Origin: Bilabrum cf. latius
Taxonomy: Eukaryota
Reading direction: 5' to 3'
Length of the DNA: 64,000 nt
Assembly: GCA_965178125.1 (NCBI GenBank)
Contig: OZ237753.1
Location: 868,001-932,000, forward strand
A program made the translations under genes and the position numbers. The notes below the pieces were generated by a model. The model saw only the letters and a program-made list of their open reading frames with translations, was not told where the DNA came from and searched no databases. Shown here one piece after another: positions 1 to 12,800 of this stretch; position 1 is the stretch's first letter; the number at the start of each line of letters is the position of its first letter.

Positions 1-1229
1 CTGTGCTTCCGAGACGAGCTGCGGTTCGGCCGTGTAGAACGACCCTGTCTGGGAGAATCCACACCGCTCAAGTCGCCATTGCCAACCTCTGCATCCATCT
101 GCCCCTACACTGCCGCAACAAACCGATGGGATGAAGCGGGTGCAGAAATATCTGCCCCACCATTGGCAGCTTCACCTAGAGCCGGAACAACGCCGCTTCT
201 TTCGTCATCCGCCGGCGTGCGATGGCTCATGCCGAGCTCGTTGGGCATCGGATGGGCACGTAACACCGACTGCAGCTGGGCAGCGAGCGCAGCCTGCAGC
301 TCTGCAGGATTCTGTACATGGTCCGGCTGTAGCTCTGGACGAGTGTGAGAACCAGAACCAGCTAGTCGGGGGTCCTGCTGCTCTCGCACTCGTGGTGCAT
401 CTACTGGCAGCTGCACCGCTCCACCCCCACCACCCCCTCCACTGCCACCACGAGATGTGATCGAAGCGCGGTCCCCGAGCTACACAATCCCACCGCCGGT
501 TTCCTGCAGCAATTCAACCTCCTTGTCACCGTTGGTATCGGACGCAGGCGTGTCCCATGGGCCATCACTGGCCCCGGCAGGTGACCGGTGCTCACTATAG
601 CCTGTGGGCAAGTGGCGAGACCGCTGCTGGAGGCTGTCTCCTGCTTGTTTGCTCGCTTCCGAGGCATCTAATCGGATATGGAGCCTACTGGTCTGTCTCT
701 AAGGGCTGTTTAAATCGGTATTCGTGAGACTTTCTATTGGCATGGTGCGACTGCCAGGCTCTCGACGGTCCGTCGCACGGCCGCTCCTGACGGATGACGG
801 GCTGAATGGGATCGAATCGCGATACCCAGCTGTGGTTTGTACATCTGCTGGTGATGCAGGGTCGTTGGCTCTCGAACGATTCGAGAAGGCAGAGCGTCGC
901 TGTGGAACGTCTTGCTATCCCTCAGGGAGCCTCGGCAAAACATCTCCTTGATGCCTGCGTTCGATAGGCTCTGCAATACCATGGCCGCCATTCTGTACCT
1001 GGCCGTGCGATTTAGATATCAGCATTGACAAATCGACTTGTGCAGCAATACAAGACGCTTTTTCGCTGCGTCCAGGAGAAACTCCACCGGTGGGTCGCTT
1101 GCTGGATTCACCTCTCGAGCCTCTCCAGTTCAGGTCAGCCGATCTGTGACGATCTCGGGCTCGATGTTTTTCAGAGGCAAGTCTCTAAATCTGTGCTTGG
1201 ACTTCGTCGAGAAGCGTGTGCCCAGACAT
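1..1229 (-). CDS. Hypothetical low-complexity protein (3' end beyond window), >409 codons if TAG=Gln
   Basis: Frame open from ATG 1229 to the window edge with TAG at 1185, 915, 699, 480 and 105 but no TAA/TGA; includes ORF-track 105..416; no recognisable domain. Confidence 0.5.
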
Positions 1230-1490
1230 GCTAGTCGTTGCGGTTTGGGGTCAGCCGTTCTTCTCGCAGCCTAGGCAAAATAGGCCGGTGCAACGCTCGC
1301 TGAGCTACTACTACTTGAATGATATATCTTGATCCCCACAATAAAATGTAATGGATCAGTGCATCATGCCACAGTTGTACGGAAGTTGTGGGAGCAGTTC
1401 TGAATTACGTCGGTATTAAACAGTGCAGTTTATGATGCAGTGCTCGCTTCTGGCGCGATCCAGACTCAACACCAATCCTAGACTTGGGCA

Positions 1491-3522
1491 ATGGCTGCTG
1501 TTGCTGGGGCTGTCCCAGACGATATCGTAGAGCAGGCGAAGAAAGTTGGAATCGCCGAGAAGGCTGCTTCTAGTCTATACAAGGCGTTCAAATCCTTTGA
1601 TGCAGATAACAGCGGCGCTGTTGATCGGTCAGAGCTTTGCAAAGCATTGGAGCTCTCGGGGGTCCGGGACGCACCACACCAAGTTGGACTGTTCTTCAAA
1701 TCAACAAAGACTGAAGCAGATGGCCGTGCAAATTTCTCGGAGTTCTGCCAGGTATGAGCAAGCGAAATATGCAAAGCTCTCGTCTCTCGTTGACATTCGT
1801 CTCACAAGTTCCTCTGTCAGGAGCCCGAAGTCCCCACGCCGCCCTCCATCGCAGATAATCGCCAAATTTAAATCATCCTCCGGCATCGGTGCCGTGGTAC
1901 TCAAAGCATCTGGCCTGAAGACCTTGGAGGGAGTGACCGGAAAGCATTCTTACAGCGACGACGAGCGCATCGCTTTCGCCGAGCACCTCAACAACGTCTT
2001 CTCCGATGATGCATACCTCTCTGGTAGCAAGTACTTCCCCGTCGACACCGAGACCAGCGAGCTTTTCGAGGCCATCTCAGACGGAATCGCACTCTGCAAG
2101 CTCGTGAACCTGGCCAGCCCCGAGACCATCGACGAGCGCACCATCAACTTCCCAAAGAAAGGAAAGAGCCTAAACCGGTGGGAGATGCAGGAGAACCAGA
2201 AGCTGGCCATCAACTCTGCCAAGGCCGTGGGGTGCAAGGTGGTGAACCTGCATGCCGACGACCTGATCGACTGCGTGGCCACGAGCAAGGAGTACATCGT
2301 GCTGGGCATCGTGTGGCAGCTGGTGCGCATGCAGCTGCTGCGGAGCATCAACGTGAAGGAGAAGCCGGAGATGATCCTGCTGCTGAAGGAGGGCGAGGAG
2401 CTGAAGGACCTGCTGAAGCTGGCCCCTGAGAAGATCCTGCTGCGGTGGTTCAACTACCACCTGGACAAGGGTGGGTACGGGAAGAAGATCAAGAACCTGG
2501 GATCTGACCTGAAGGACAGCCAGGCCTTCTTGGTGCTGCTGGGGCAGATCGACGCGTCTTGCGTGAAGGAGGGGGCGTCGGCCATCGCAGACTCGAAGGA
2601 GCGGGCCGCCGCCGTCATCGACGCGGCCCGCGCCATCGGGGCCAAGAGCTTCATCAAGCCGGTTGATATTATTGTAGGCAACAGGCGCCTGATTCTGGCG
2701 CTGGTGGCTCAGATCTTCAACACCAACAGCGGACTGGAGATCAAGAAGGAGGAGGTGGAGGCGGCTTTCGAGGCGGCCGGCTTGGGCGAGGACGACGACT
2801 CGTCCGCCAACCGCGAGGTGCGCACGTACAAGCAGTGGGCGTCCTCGTTCGACCTGTCCTCAACGTCCATCGGCGGCGACTCCACCACGCTGACGGACAT
2901 GCGGGAGAACATCCGGGACGGGGTTGCGCTGCTGCAGCTGATCGAATGCATGCAGCCCGGGCTCGTGGACAAGAAGAAGTGCACGCTGAAGCGGTCCAAG
3001 CTGAACAAGTTCAAGGAGGTGGAGAACTGCAACTACGCTGTGGAGCTGCTGACCAAGGAGCTCAAGGTCAACCTGCCGGGCATCGGCGGTGTGGATGTGA
3101 ACACGGCAAAGCCGAACGTGATGGAGGCGATCATGTGGCAGCTGATGCGGCTGTCTGTCATCAAGCTGCTCAAGAAGCTGGGAGGGGGCAAGGAACCCAA
3201 GGACTCAGAGATCGTGTCTTGGGCCAACAAGACCGTGGCTGCCAGCGGGAGCGAGCGCAAGATTTCGTCTTTCCGCGACAAGTCGATCGCAAACGGTCGG
3301 TTCCTGCTAGACCTGCTTGCGGCGATCGAGCCTCGCGCGATCAACGAGGAGCTGGTGACGGATGGAAGCACCGACGAGGAGGTCAAGCAGAACTGCAGAT
3401 ACGTTCTGTCTGTGGCGCGCAAGATTGGCGCCAGTGTGTACATCACCTGGGAGGACATCGCGGAGGTGAAGCCCAAGATGGTGATGCAGCTCATCGCAGG
3501 TATCAAGGGTAAATCTGGGTAA
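1491..3522 (+). CDS. Fimbrin/plastin copy 1 (EF-hand headpiece + 4 calponin-homology domains), ~642 aa; exons 1491-1751, 1855-3522
   Basis: EF-hand DADNSGAVDRSE; HSYSDDERIAF, DGIALCKLVN, PETIDERTIN, EKILLRWFNYHL, SVARKIGA, EVKPKMV are fimbrin motifs; phase-0 intron GTATGA...CGCAG; ends TAA. Confidence 0.93.
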
Positions 3523-6117
3523 TTTTGGCCTCTGGTCAATCTTCCCAGTGTTGTAGAACTGCTTAACTTCCAACTATTCTTGTCAGTCCCTCTTTTTGTT
3601 AAGTGCACGGTACAGAAAAATGGCGAATGCAATCCGGGCCCTTGCGGGTGTGTAGGTCTTCCCAAAGTCACTGTTTTTGCTGTCATTAGTTCGTATACGT
3701 TATGAATTTCTAACTGGTCCCGCACAGGAGTTCCAAAGAAGTCTCTAAAGCTTACGTTAGATAAATACTGTGGTTGCGACCAGATGTGCGACCGTGAAAA
3801 TCCGGTTTTATTCGACCCAAGCTTCTCTTGCCTGATCCGTTCAGTCTCGTCCTCGCTGTTAGAGCCATGGCAGCTGTTGGTGGTGCAGTACCAGCTGACA
3901 TGTCTGAAGTTGCAAATAAGGCAGGGCTCCCTGAAGATCAGCATGCCCACATTTATGAAGCATTCACGGCCTTTGACACAGACAAGAGCGGGAAGATTGA
4001 TGAATCAGAGCTCGGTGGTGCGCTCGAAGCTGCCGGAGCCAAGGCAAAGAAGGTGAAAGTGCGGGCAATTCTAGCTGAGATGGACAAGGATGGTGACAAG
4101 CAGATCGATTTTGGCGAGTTTTGCGAAGTGAGATCCACCGCAAAGCTGTCCCACGTGGCGGAGCAGCTTATGTCGAAGTGATGCGCAGTGGAGGTCCAGT
4201 ATTAAACATCGATACTATTGTAACTACACCTTCGTTGGTTGAGATTCGGCCTGGTCACGGTGCAAAGCATGACTGGTTGACTTCAGATGCCTCGAATCGA
4301 TTCGCCGCTTGATGGCATTGCTGACCAGATCAGCAGTTGAGATCCGTATAGTTGCGCGTTGTGTTCACGTTAAATGTTTTAGGTGCAGCATTCGTTCCTT
4401 GCCTGATTCGCTGTGGTCAAGCCACCTGCTTTCCCGCTGTGTGCATCTTCTTCGGCTTGCAGGCAGTCATGAAGGTCACGGAGTCTTCCAGCCTTGGAAA
4501 GGCCGTGCTCAAATCTTCGGGTTTGAAAACTTTGAAGGGAGTGACCGGAAAGCATTCTTACAGCGACGACGAGCGCATCGCTTTCGCCGAGCACCTCAAC
4601 AACGTCTTCTCCGATGATGCATACCTCTCTGGTAGCAAGTACTTCCCCGTCGACACCGAGACCAGCGAGCTTTTCGAGGCCATCTCAGACGGAATCGCAC
4701 TCTGCAAGCTCGTGAACCTGGCCAGCCCCGAGACCATCGACGAGCGCACCATCAACTTCCCAAAGAAGTCTGGCAAGAAGTCCAAGCTGAACCGGTGGGA
4801 GATGCAGGAGAACCAGAAGCTGGCCATCAACTCTGCCAAGGCCGTGGGGTGCAAGGTGGTGAACCTGCATGCCGACGACCTGATCGACTGCGTGGCCACG
4901 AGCAAGGAGTACATCGTGCTGGGCATCGTGTGGCAGCTGGTGCGCATGCAGCTGCTGCGGAGCATCAACGTGAAGGAGAAGCCGGAGATGATCCTGCTGC
5001 TGAAGGAGGGCGAGGAGCTGAAGGACCTGCTGAAGCTGGCCCCTGAGAAGATCCTGCTGCGGTGGTTCAACTACCACCTGGACAAGGGTGGGTACGGGAA
5101 GAAGATCAAGAACCTGGGATCTGACCTGAAGGACAGCCAGGCCTTCTTGGTGCTGCTGGGGCAGATCGACGCGTCTTGCGTGAAGGAGGGGGCGTCGGCC
5201 ATCGCAGACTCGAAGGAGCGGGCCGCCGCCGTCATCGACGCGGCCCGCGCCATCGGGGCCAAGAGCTTCATCAAGCCGGCGGACATCGTGTCGGGCAACA
5301 AGCGCCTGATTCTGGCACTGGTGGCTCAGATCTTCAACACCAACAGCGGACTGGAGATCAAGAAGGAGGAGGTGGAGGCGGCTTTCGAGGCGGCCGGCTT
5401 GGGCGACGAGGACGACGACTCGTCCGCCAACCGCGAGGTGCGCACGTACAAGCAGTGGGCGTCCTCGTTCGACCTGTCCTCAACGTCCATCGGCGGCGAC
5501 TCCACCACGCTGACGGACATGCGGGAGAACATCCGGGACGGGGTTGCGCTGCTGCAGCTGATCGAATGCATGCAGCCCGGGCTCGTGGACAAGAAGAAGT
5601 GCACGCTGAAGCGGTCCAAGCTGAACAAGTTCAAGGAGGTGGAGAACTGCAACTACGCTGTGGAGCTGCTGACCAAGGAGCTCAAGGTCAACCTGCCGGG
5701 CATCGGCGGTGTGGACATCAACGGCGCTCGCGCGAACGTGATGGAGGCGATCATGTGGCAGCTGATGCGGCTGTCTGTCATTAAGCTGCTCAAGGAGCTG
5801 GGAGGGGGCAAGGAACCCAAGGACTCAGAGATCGTGTCTTGGGCCAACAAGACCGTGGCTGCCAGCGGGAGCGAGCGCAAGATTTCGTCTTTCCGCGACA
5901 AGTCGATCGCAAACGGTCGGTTCCTGCTAGACCTGCTTGCGGCGATCGAGCCCCGCGCGATCAACGAGGAGCTGGTGACGGATGGAAGCACCGACGAGGA
6001 GATCAAGCAGAACAACAGGTACGTCATCTCGGTGGCGCGCAAGATTGGCGCCGGCGTGTTTCTCACCTGGGAGGACATCGCGGAGGTGAAGCCCAAGATG
6101 GTGATGCAGCTCATCGC
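1931..6117 (+). repeat. Direct duplication of the fimbrin actin-binding region (~1931-3497 vs ~4539-6117), near-identical at nucleotide level
   Basis: Long identical nucleotide blocks separated by a few short divergent patches. Confidence 0.9.
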
Positions 6118-6157
6118 TGCTATCATGCACGTGGCCAAGATCAAGGCGGCCAAGTGA
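3867..6157 (+). CDS. Fimbrin/plastin copy 2, ~651 aa; exons 3867-4127, 4463-6157
   Basis: Two canonical EF-hands (DTDKSGKIDESE, DKDGDKQIDFGE); same CH-domain motifs as copy 1; intron GTGAGA...TGCAG at the same position; ends TGA. Confidence 0.93.
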
Positions 6158-6852
6158 TTCGGCTCTGTCTTCGGGGGGACCCAGTACATGCCTCGCCTGC
6201 CGGATCCTGTCGCATCATCCGTTTGAGCCGATAAGATGGTAGGTCTGGCTTGTACTAGTAGCATGTTTGGCATGCTCTTTCGAAGACATGGGCTCTTTGA
6301 TAAGCGTGTGCAGCGTGCAGCGTCACCCACACGTCACCGCACTCGTCATTCATTGCAATTCGAAGATGAAGATCCAACCCGACAACACACGACGTATTCC
6401 GCTGATCACATTTGGGCTCTTGTTAAAAGCCAGGCACTTCGATTCGAGGCACCACAGCATCTAAGTAAGTTGTGTACTGTGATGTATACCTTGCGAGTCT
6501 GTCATATTCTGTATTGGAGTCTATACGTGCGATATCGTTGTTTGCGTCAGCACAACAGTAGTTGGGTGCGGCGCACCCTCGTAAACGTTGCATTTATACC
6601 CATGTTCACGAGCAAATACGTTTTCAATATGTTAGTTGTGACACTAGTGCGCCATGACATTTGATTTGGGGCATTGTAGTAGCTAGTAGGTGCTCACTTG
6701 ACATATTCCGCAACCGGGTTAGGTGGACAGGAGATCCATGATGGCTCAATTTGCTGCCAATGAGAAAGAGTCGACGCGTAATCATCAGGTATTCCGAAGA
6801 TGCTAATATATTAATTCACTGTCTCCTCATTGCAGCAAGAGACTATACTAAA

Positions 6853-9800
6853 ATGCGGACGTGCATAGGCGTTCTCGCTGCCATTGCGAGCGTTGTGGTC
6901 TCGATTGAGCTTCCCGCTACGACGAGCTTTTCCCTGAGTTCGTCGCGAGGATCCATTCTCATTGGTACAGTTCGTGACTCCTCTAGTTCTGATGCGTCCT
7001 ATTCCATCCAGTCTGGTGGCTCGTTCGGGTGAGTATTTGCAGCAACAGCCTGCGAGGTCGCACGCGGTCGCACCGTTCGATCGGTTCGGCACAACTATGT
7101 CCACTAATCAGACATTCTTGTAATTGTTTTGTGCGTACGTTCGTGTTCGCAGATCCGACAGGAGCTTCGCCATAGACGAGATCTCAGGCCGCGTGATCCT
7201 GACGGGCGGAACTTTCGAGGCTGCCAGCCACACTCTCGTGGTCCGGGGCACTGAGCCCGACGGAGCCTTCGGTGAGACAGACGTAACCATCAGCTTCTCA
7301 GATCTGGGCCAATCGTGTCCCATCGATCACGTGAGCATCGGCACGAGCGGGGCCTCGTGCGCAACTTCCGCAAATGGCCAATTTTGGTGCTGGGGAAGCT
7401 GCCACCCCGACACGTGCGGGTACTCCGGCGCAGCCGAGACCACAGCTGCGTCCCTCCGAGATGCAGACAACCGGATCGGCCTGGCTGCCGCCCTGCAGCC
7501 GATGCCCTTCGCCCCCACCGCTGCCGAGGGAAGGGTCGTGGAGGTGCTGGGGCTCGCGGGAGAAAGCACCGCCCAGCAGACCCAGTGCCTCAGGACCGAG
7601 CTGGGGAACATCAGGTGCTGGGGAAACGCAGACTATACACCGTACAACAACATCAACAACAACATCATCGCTAACCCCGGGGACGCCCCTGTGCAGCGGG
7701 GCCTGGGCCCCGTGTCTGTGGGGCTCGCCAACGTGCCTGCCCAGCGGACCGCCGTGGCCCTGTACGCGGGCGTGAACCACTTCTGTGCCGTGCTAGACCA
7801 GGTGATCGCCGGTCGATCCAACCTGGAGTGCTGGGGCAGTCGTACGCTGTTCGAGTCCGACTCGGCCATCGACAGCACCGCGGGTGCGTCTCCCTTCTCT
7901 CTCGGGGGTGAGATCGTGGACCTCGGGGGAAGGACCGTCAAGTCCACACCACACGCGGTGGGACTGTCTCGCCACACTGGTTGCGCGCTGACGACCGATG
8001 ATGAGGTGTATTGCTTCGGCCGCGACATCCTGGACTCGACTCGGGTGATTAGCTAGGTTGAGATCGGGATATCCATGGCGAGCTCCTTTGTGCCTGGAAT
8101 GATCGGAGCCAACACCCGGGCGGTGTGCGTGCTTCTAGTCGACTCAAGCGACAACCCCATCTCAGCCTGCTTCGGAACGATCGTGCATCACGGCACTGCC
8201 TTCGGGTCGAGTGCAGCATCTCCCCCATATCAAACAACATAGCGTAGTCTGGGGAAAATCACAAGCTGGTCAACTCTTAGCACTGTGGCAATATCGAATA
8301 TTCAGGGCGCACCAGTATCCTATGCTGTTGTGCAAGGTGGAGTCTGCATCGCGTTCAAGGACAGTCCTCGCCGAAACGGGCCAAGGATCCAGTGCGCCCG
8401 TCATGGGCTGGAGGGCGACTCCTTCGGGGATCCGGCTGATCGGCGGACCTTCCACGTGTTTCCAAAGCTCCGCAACGGATGGAGAGAGATATATACCGAA
8501 AAGTAGGCCGGAGTTTAGGTGACAACCTCTACTACACAGACCGTGCGGTCCATCTACGGCAAAGGGTGCGCGGTGTGCGCCATCGTCGACGGGCTTACCC
8601 CCGGCAGCACTGGCGACGTGCGGTGCTTCGGTTGCGACGGTGAGGGCTACACACTCTTCGGCAACAGCGCACGGGGCACGCTTGGGTATGGCACGGATCT
8701 GACAGGGCCCGTGGGCTCGTCTGACTTCAGCGGCAACGTAGTCGCTGGGTACGCTGCGACAGCTCGGACTCACTCTTTCGCTGGGTCTCGGTGTAGCACG
8801 AACACCGCAAGCATGCTCGAGTTCACGAGTCCGACGGTACGTCAAGAGATCTCTATCGAAGAAGGTCCCGCTGGCAGGACAGTGGTGCAGGCAGCTGCCA
8901 CTCCCAGTGCTCCGGGTGCCACTGTGTACTACTGGCTGGATGCTGCCTTCTCCGACTCGAGCAAGTTTACGTGCGACCCGATGACCGGCGAGGTCACCAT
9001 CAACGACGAGACTGACCTTGAGTCTCTTTCCGAGGATGAGCGCACGTCCTAGCTGGGTCTGCTTGCGTTCTAGTCTGGCCTCGATGAGCAGTTCATGGGG
9101 TTCGTCCGGTTCTCGGTCCAGATTACTGACGCAGTCGAACCCATCGAGTTCTCCACTCCGAGCCAGGCAGTTGCCCAGGCCCTTGCTTACGACGGCGTGT
9201 TTGAGTACACGATCGAGGACCCGCTCGCTGTGCTGCCCAACCCAAGCGGCTCTGGCATCCGAGTGACCTCTGGGGTCCAGGCATCCGCTAGTGGCAGTGG
9301 TATTGACTCTCTGGGAGTGCAGACCGTGGTAAGGTCCGCGATCAAGCCCGGCGCCACCTTGCTCGATGCCTCTGATGTAACTGTTTCGATCGGCACCTCC
9401 AGCTCAGAAGGCATCGTGCTCGTGGTCGACCGCGAAGACCTTTCACCTGGCGAGTACGGCATCCACGTGCAGCTGGTGGGACTCGACGACGCGGGCTAGG
9501 TGGTCCCAGGGTCCGAGCAGCCGATCGTGGTGTTCATCGTGTTCAGCGTGTCTTGCGGCACGGGCGAGCGACTGACCCAGACCGGCACATGCGCCGTGTG
9601 CGCCCCCGGCACGTTTTCTGCTGCAGGTGCCACCGAATGCACCCCGTGCCCCGCGACTGGCTTTCAGGACGAGGAGGGACAGGGCGAGTGCAAGGTGTGC
9701 GCAGAGGAGCTGCCTGCCCAGCGATGGCTCAAGCACAGCAGTCCCGGCCAATCTACTCCGTGCCCAGTGTGCGACGAGACCGCCGTGGCAGAGGGCACTG

Positions 9801-12800
9801 ACGCCCGGTCGACGTGCGTGTGTCCATCCGATTCGTACGAGAAGAACCCGGCGGCTGGCAGGACAGGCACGGAGTTGCAGTGCGCCGAGATCCCCGTGAT
9901 TGCAGCCGTCGGAGACAGCACGGAGAACCTGGTGGAGCACTCGCTGGGTGCACCGCAGGGCCAGTCCCGCGGTCTGCCGTCCGACGCCAGTCCCATGACG
10001 TTCACCGCCGCTCGTCTGGATGCAGCTGCGACCTCGCCCCGGTTCCGTCTGGTTGCTCTGGACACGCCAGCGACGTCGATCGGATTCGGGCTCGCGTCAG
10101 CGGCCGGCGAGTCGGGCAGCAGCAGTCAGGATGCTTCTTCTAGCACGGCGCTGGTGGACGTGTTCGAGTCGACCAACAAGGCGCTCGCATTCTGGGACTA
10201 CGAGGCCTTCGTGGCCGCCACTGGCGGGCCTGCCGCAGCCACAGTGCGCGTGGTGCTCGATGACGGAATCAGCGGGTCCCCGTGCGCTGCTGGGCAGGAG
10301 CTGAGCTCTGCATGTGCCGCAAGTCCCGCAAGCTCTGACCTGACCGTTTCCATCACGGACATCCTCGACCAGCCCCACATCAAGCTCGCGGGCAGTGTGC
10401 TCGTCATCACCGAGAACCAGCTGGGTATCACCGCAGCAGGCGATGCCAGCCAGTGGCCAGAGGCACCCCGCACTAACGCTGTGGGTGAGCTCGGATCTGC
10501 TCTGGTGGCAGCAGGCGTGCAGGACCCCAAGAACGGTGAGACTGTGTCTGTAGTGTGCACCGACAGCGAGGACTCAGTCATCGCTGCGTTTGTGTCCACT
10601 GACCTGAAGGCCACTAGTGCCGTGAACTTCGAGTCCATGGCGGGCAAGAGCGGAGCCACCAGAGAGGGATCCAGCGTGTTCTTCGACGGGCAGTGCATCG
10701 CTGAAAGGAAGAGCGGCGAGTGCCCGCCCGGAATGCCTGTGTTCATCTGCCAGTCGATTATCGTGGACATCGACAGCGACGTGGTGCCGTTCAGGTTCCA
10801 GATCAGGGACGCACCCGATGCACCTGTGGAGGTGGGCTCTGGATTCGACGAGATGACCGTCCGGGAGCATGCACCTGCTGGCACTGGAGTCGGAGGTGCT
10901 TCATTCAGCGTGTTTGACGAGGATGAAGGGGCCAAGCTCAAATGCAGCGTGGAGGGTGCAGCTGCTTCGCTGTTCAAGGTATCGCCGGTTTTGGCCACCG
11001 CGGACGCAGACGGCTTCGTGGACAAGCAGAACATCCAGTCCGGGTCCAGTATCTCCAGCGCAATGTGGATGCTCAAGTCGACTGCAGAGCTCGACCACGA
11101 GAGCGAGGCGCTGGACGAGGACGGGCGCATCACCGTGCAGGTCGTGTGCGAGGACGAGACGGGCCTCAGCGTGTAGATGGAGGCGAGGACCGTGTGGGTG
11201 CAGGACGTCAACGAGAGACCCGTCGCTCTGGGCTTCATGGGAGATGGTGGAACGAGCGTTTCAGTGGACGAAAACGCTCCGGCAGGGACCGAGGTGGGCG
11301 TGTTCGAGGCAATGGACCCTGATGACGGCGAAGCAGGAACTCTGACCATGCGGCTAGAGGGTGCAGATGCGTCGAGCTTCAAGATCGAGATGCAGGACGG
11401 AGGCAGTGCGTCCAACGAGGGCGAGCTGGTGACCGGGGATAATTATTACATAGGAATGACCGTCATGGTACGGGAGGGGAATTCATTCATAACATTACGA
11501 AACAACGCGGCAGAAGGATCGGTCTGGATTGTGAGAGAGTTTTACGAGAATAGGCTAGGGAAGTATCTTCGGCTGCAAGATGCATTTGGACGCGAAACAT
11601 ATGGGCTGATCGGATATACATGGCATGGCGAGTTTCTGTACGACCTTGTCATCCCAGCAATGGGCCAGCAGCTGGGCCCCGGCACCACCCGCCGGGCCAG
11701 CATCAAAGTAGCAGACGGAGCCTAGTTGGACCACGAGGCCAAGAGCACGTACACGTTCGAGATCGTGGTGGACGATGAAACCGAAGAGGGACTCACCGGT
11801 GGCCGCAGGCTCACTGCCGATGGCAAGCCCAGGCGCCTCCTCGACACGCGTACCCAGGTGACCATCAGTGTGAACGACATCAACGAGGCGCCAGTGTTCT
11901 CCACCTCGCCGAGCACCAGCTATGAAGTCAACGAGAACACAGCTCCAGGCACTGAGCTGGCAGGAGACTCCCAGGTGGCCATTGACCAGGACGAGGGCGA
12001 CTCTGTGACCTACAGCCTCGTGAACAGCGCTGCAGCCTCCTTCTTCGCCATCCATCCCACGACGGGGCAGCTGCGACTGGCTGCCGGGGATGCACTCGAT
12101 TTCGAGGACAGCAGCACACCGAACGTGTTCGACTTCACCATCAGGGCAACGGACTCCGCCGGACTGATTGACACCCGTGACGTGCAGGTCAGCCTGCTCG
12201 ATGTCCAGGAGAGACCCTCCATCCAGGCCACTGGTGGGGCGCCATTCGAGGAGAACACCGCCCCTGTGACTCTGGCCGCCATCAGCTTCAGCGACCCCGA
12301 TGCCGCCGATGCCGGACTCTCTCGTTCCGACCTGACCATCGACTGCTCCGCGAGTGGCACGGCTGTCAGCGTGTCGCTTGCTGCTGGCGCCCTGCAGCTG
12401 CAGCTGGACGAGCCCTTGGACTTCGAGACGTTCGTGGATGCAACCTGCACCGTGACCATTACCGACACGGCTGGAAATATCGCTTCCACCGAAGTAGAAC
12501 TGACCGTGCAGGATGCACCCGAGGCCCCGGTGCTGTCCGAGGAGGTGTACAGCTACTCGGTGGATGAGAATGCAGACCTCGGCGATCCGATCCTGGCCAG
12601 TGGAACTGTGATCGCGGCCACGGATGAGGACGCGGGCCAGTAGGTACAACTGCGGTTCTCCATCACTGGTAGGAACACCTGGAAGGTGTACGTGAACCCC
12701 TCGACCGGCGCACTGATCTACTGTGGGCGCGGCGAGAACTACGAGTCCTTCCCTGTGGGCCAGGAGTACCTCGAGTACACCCTGCACGTCACCGACACGA

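Noticed and set aside
1170-1215. CTCTAAA as anticodon loop of a suppressor tRNA-Gln(CUA)
   Set aside because: No cloverleaf stems or T-loop consensus. No tRNA gene could be seen anywhere in the window.
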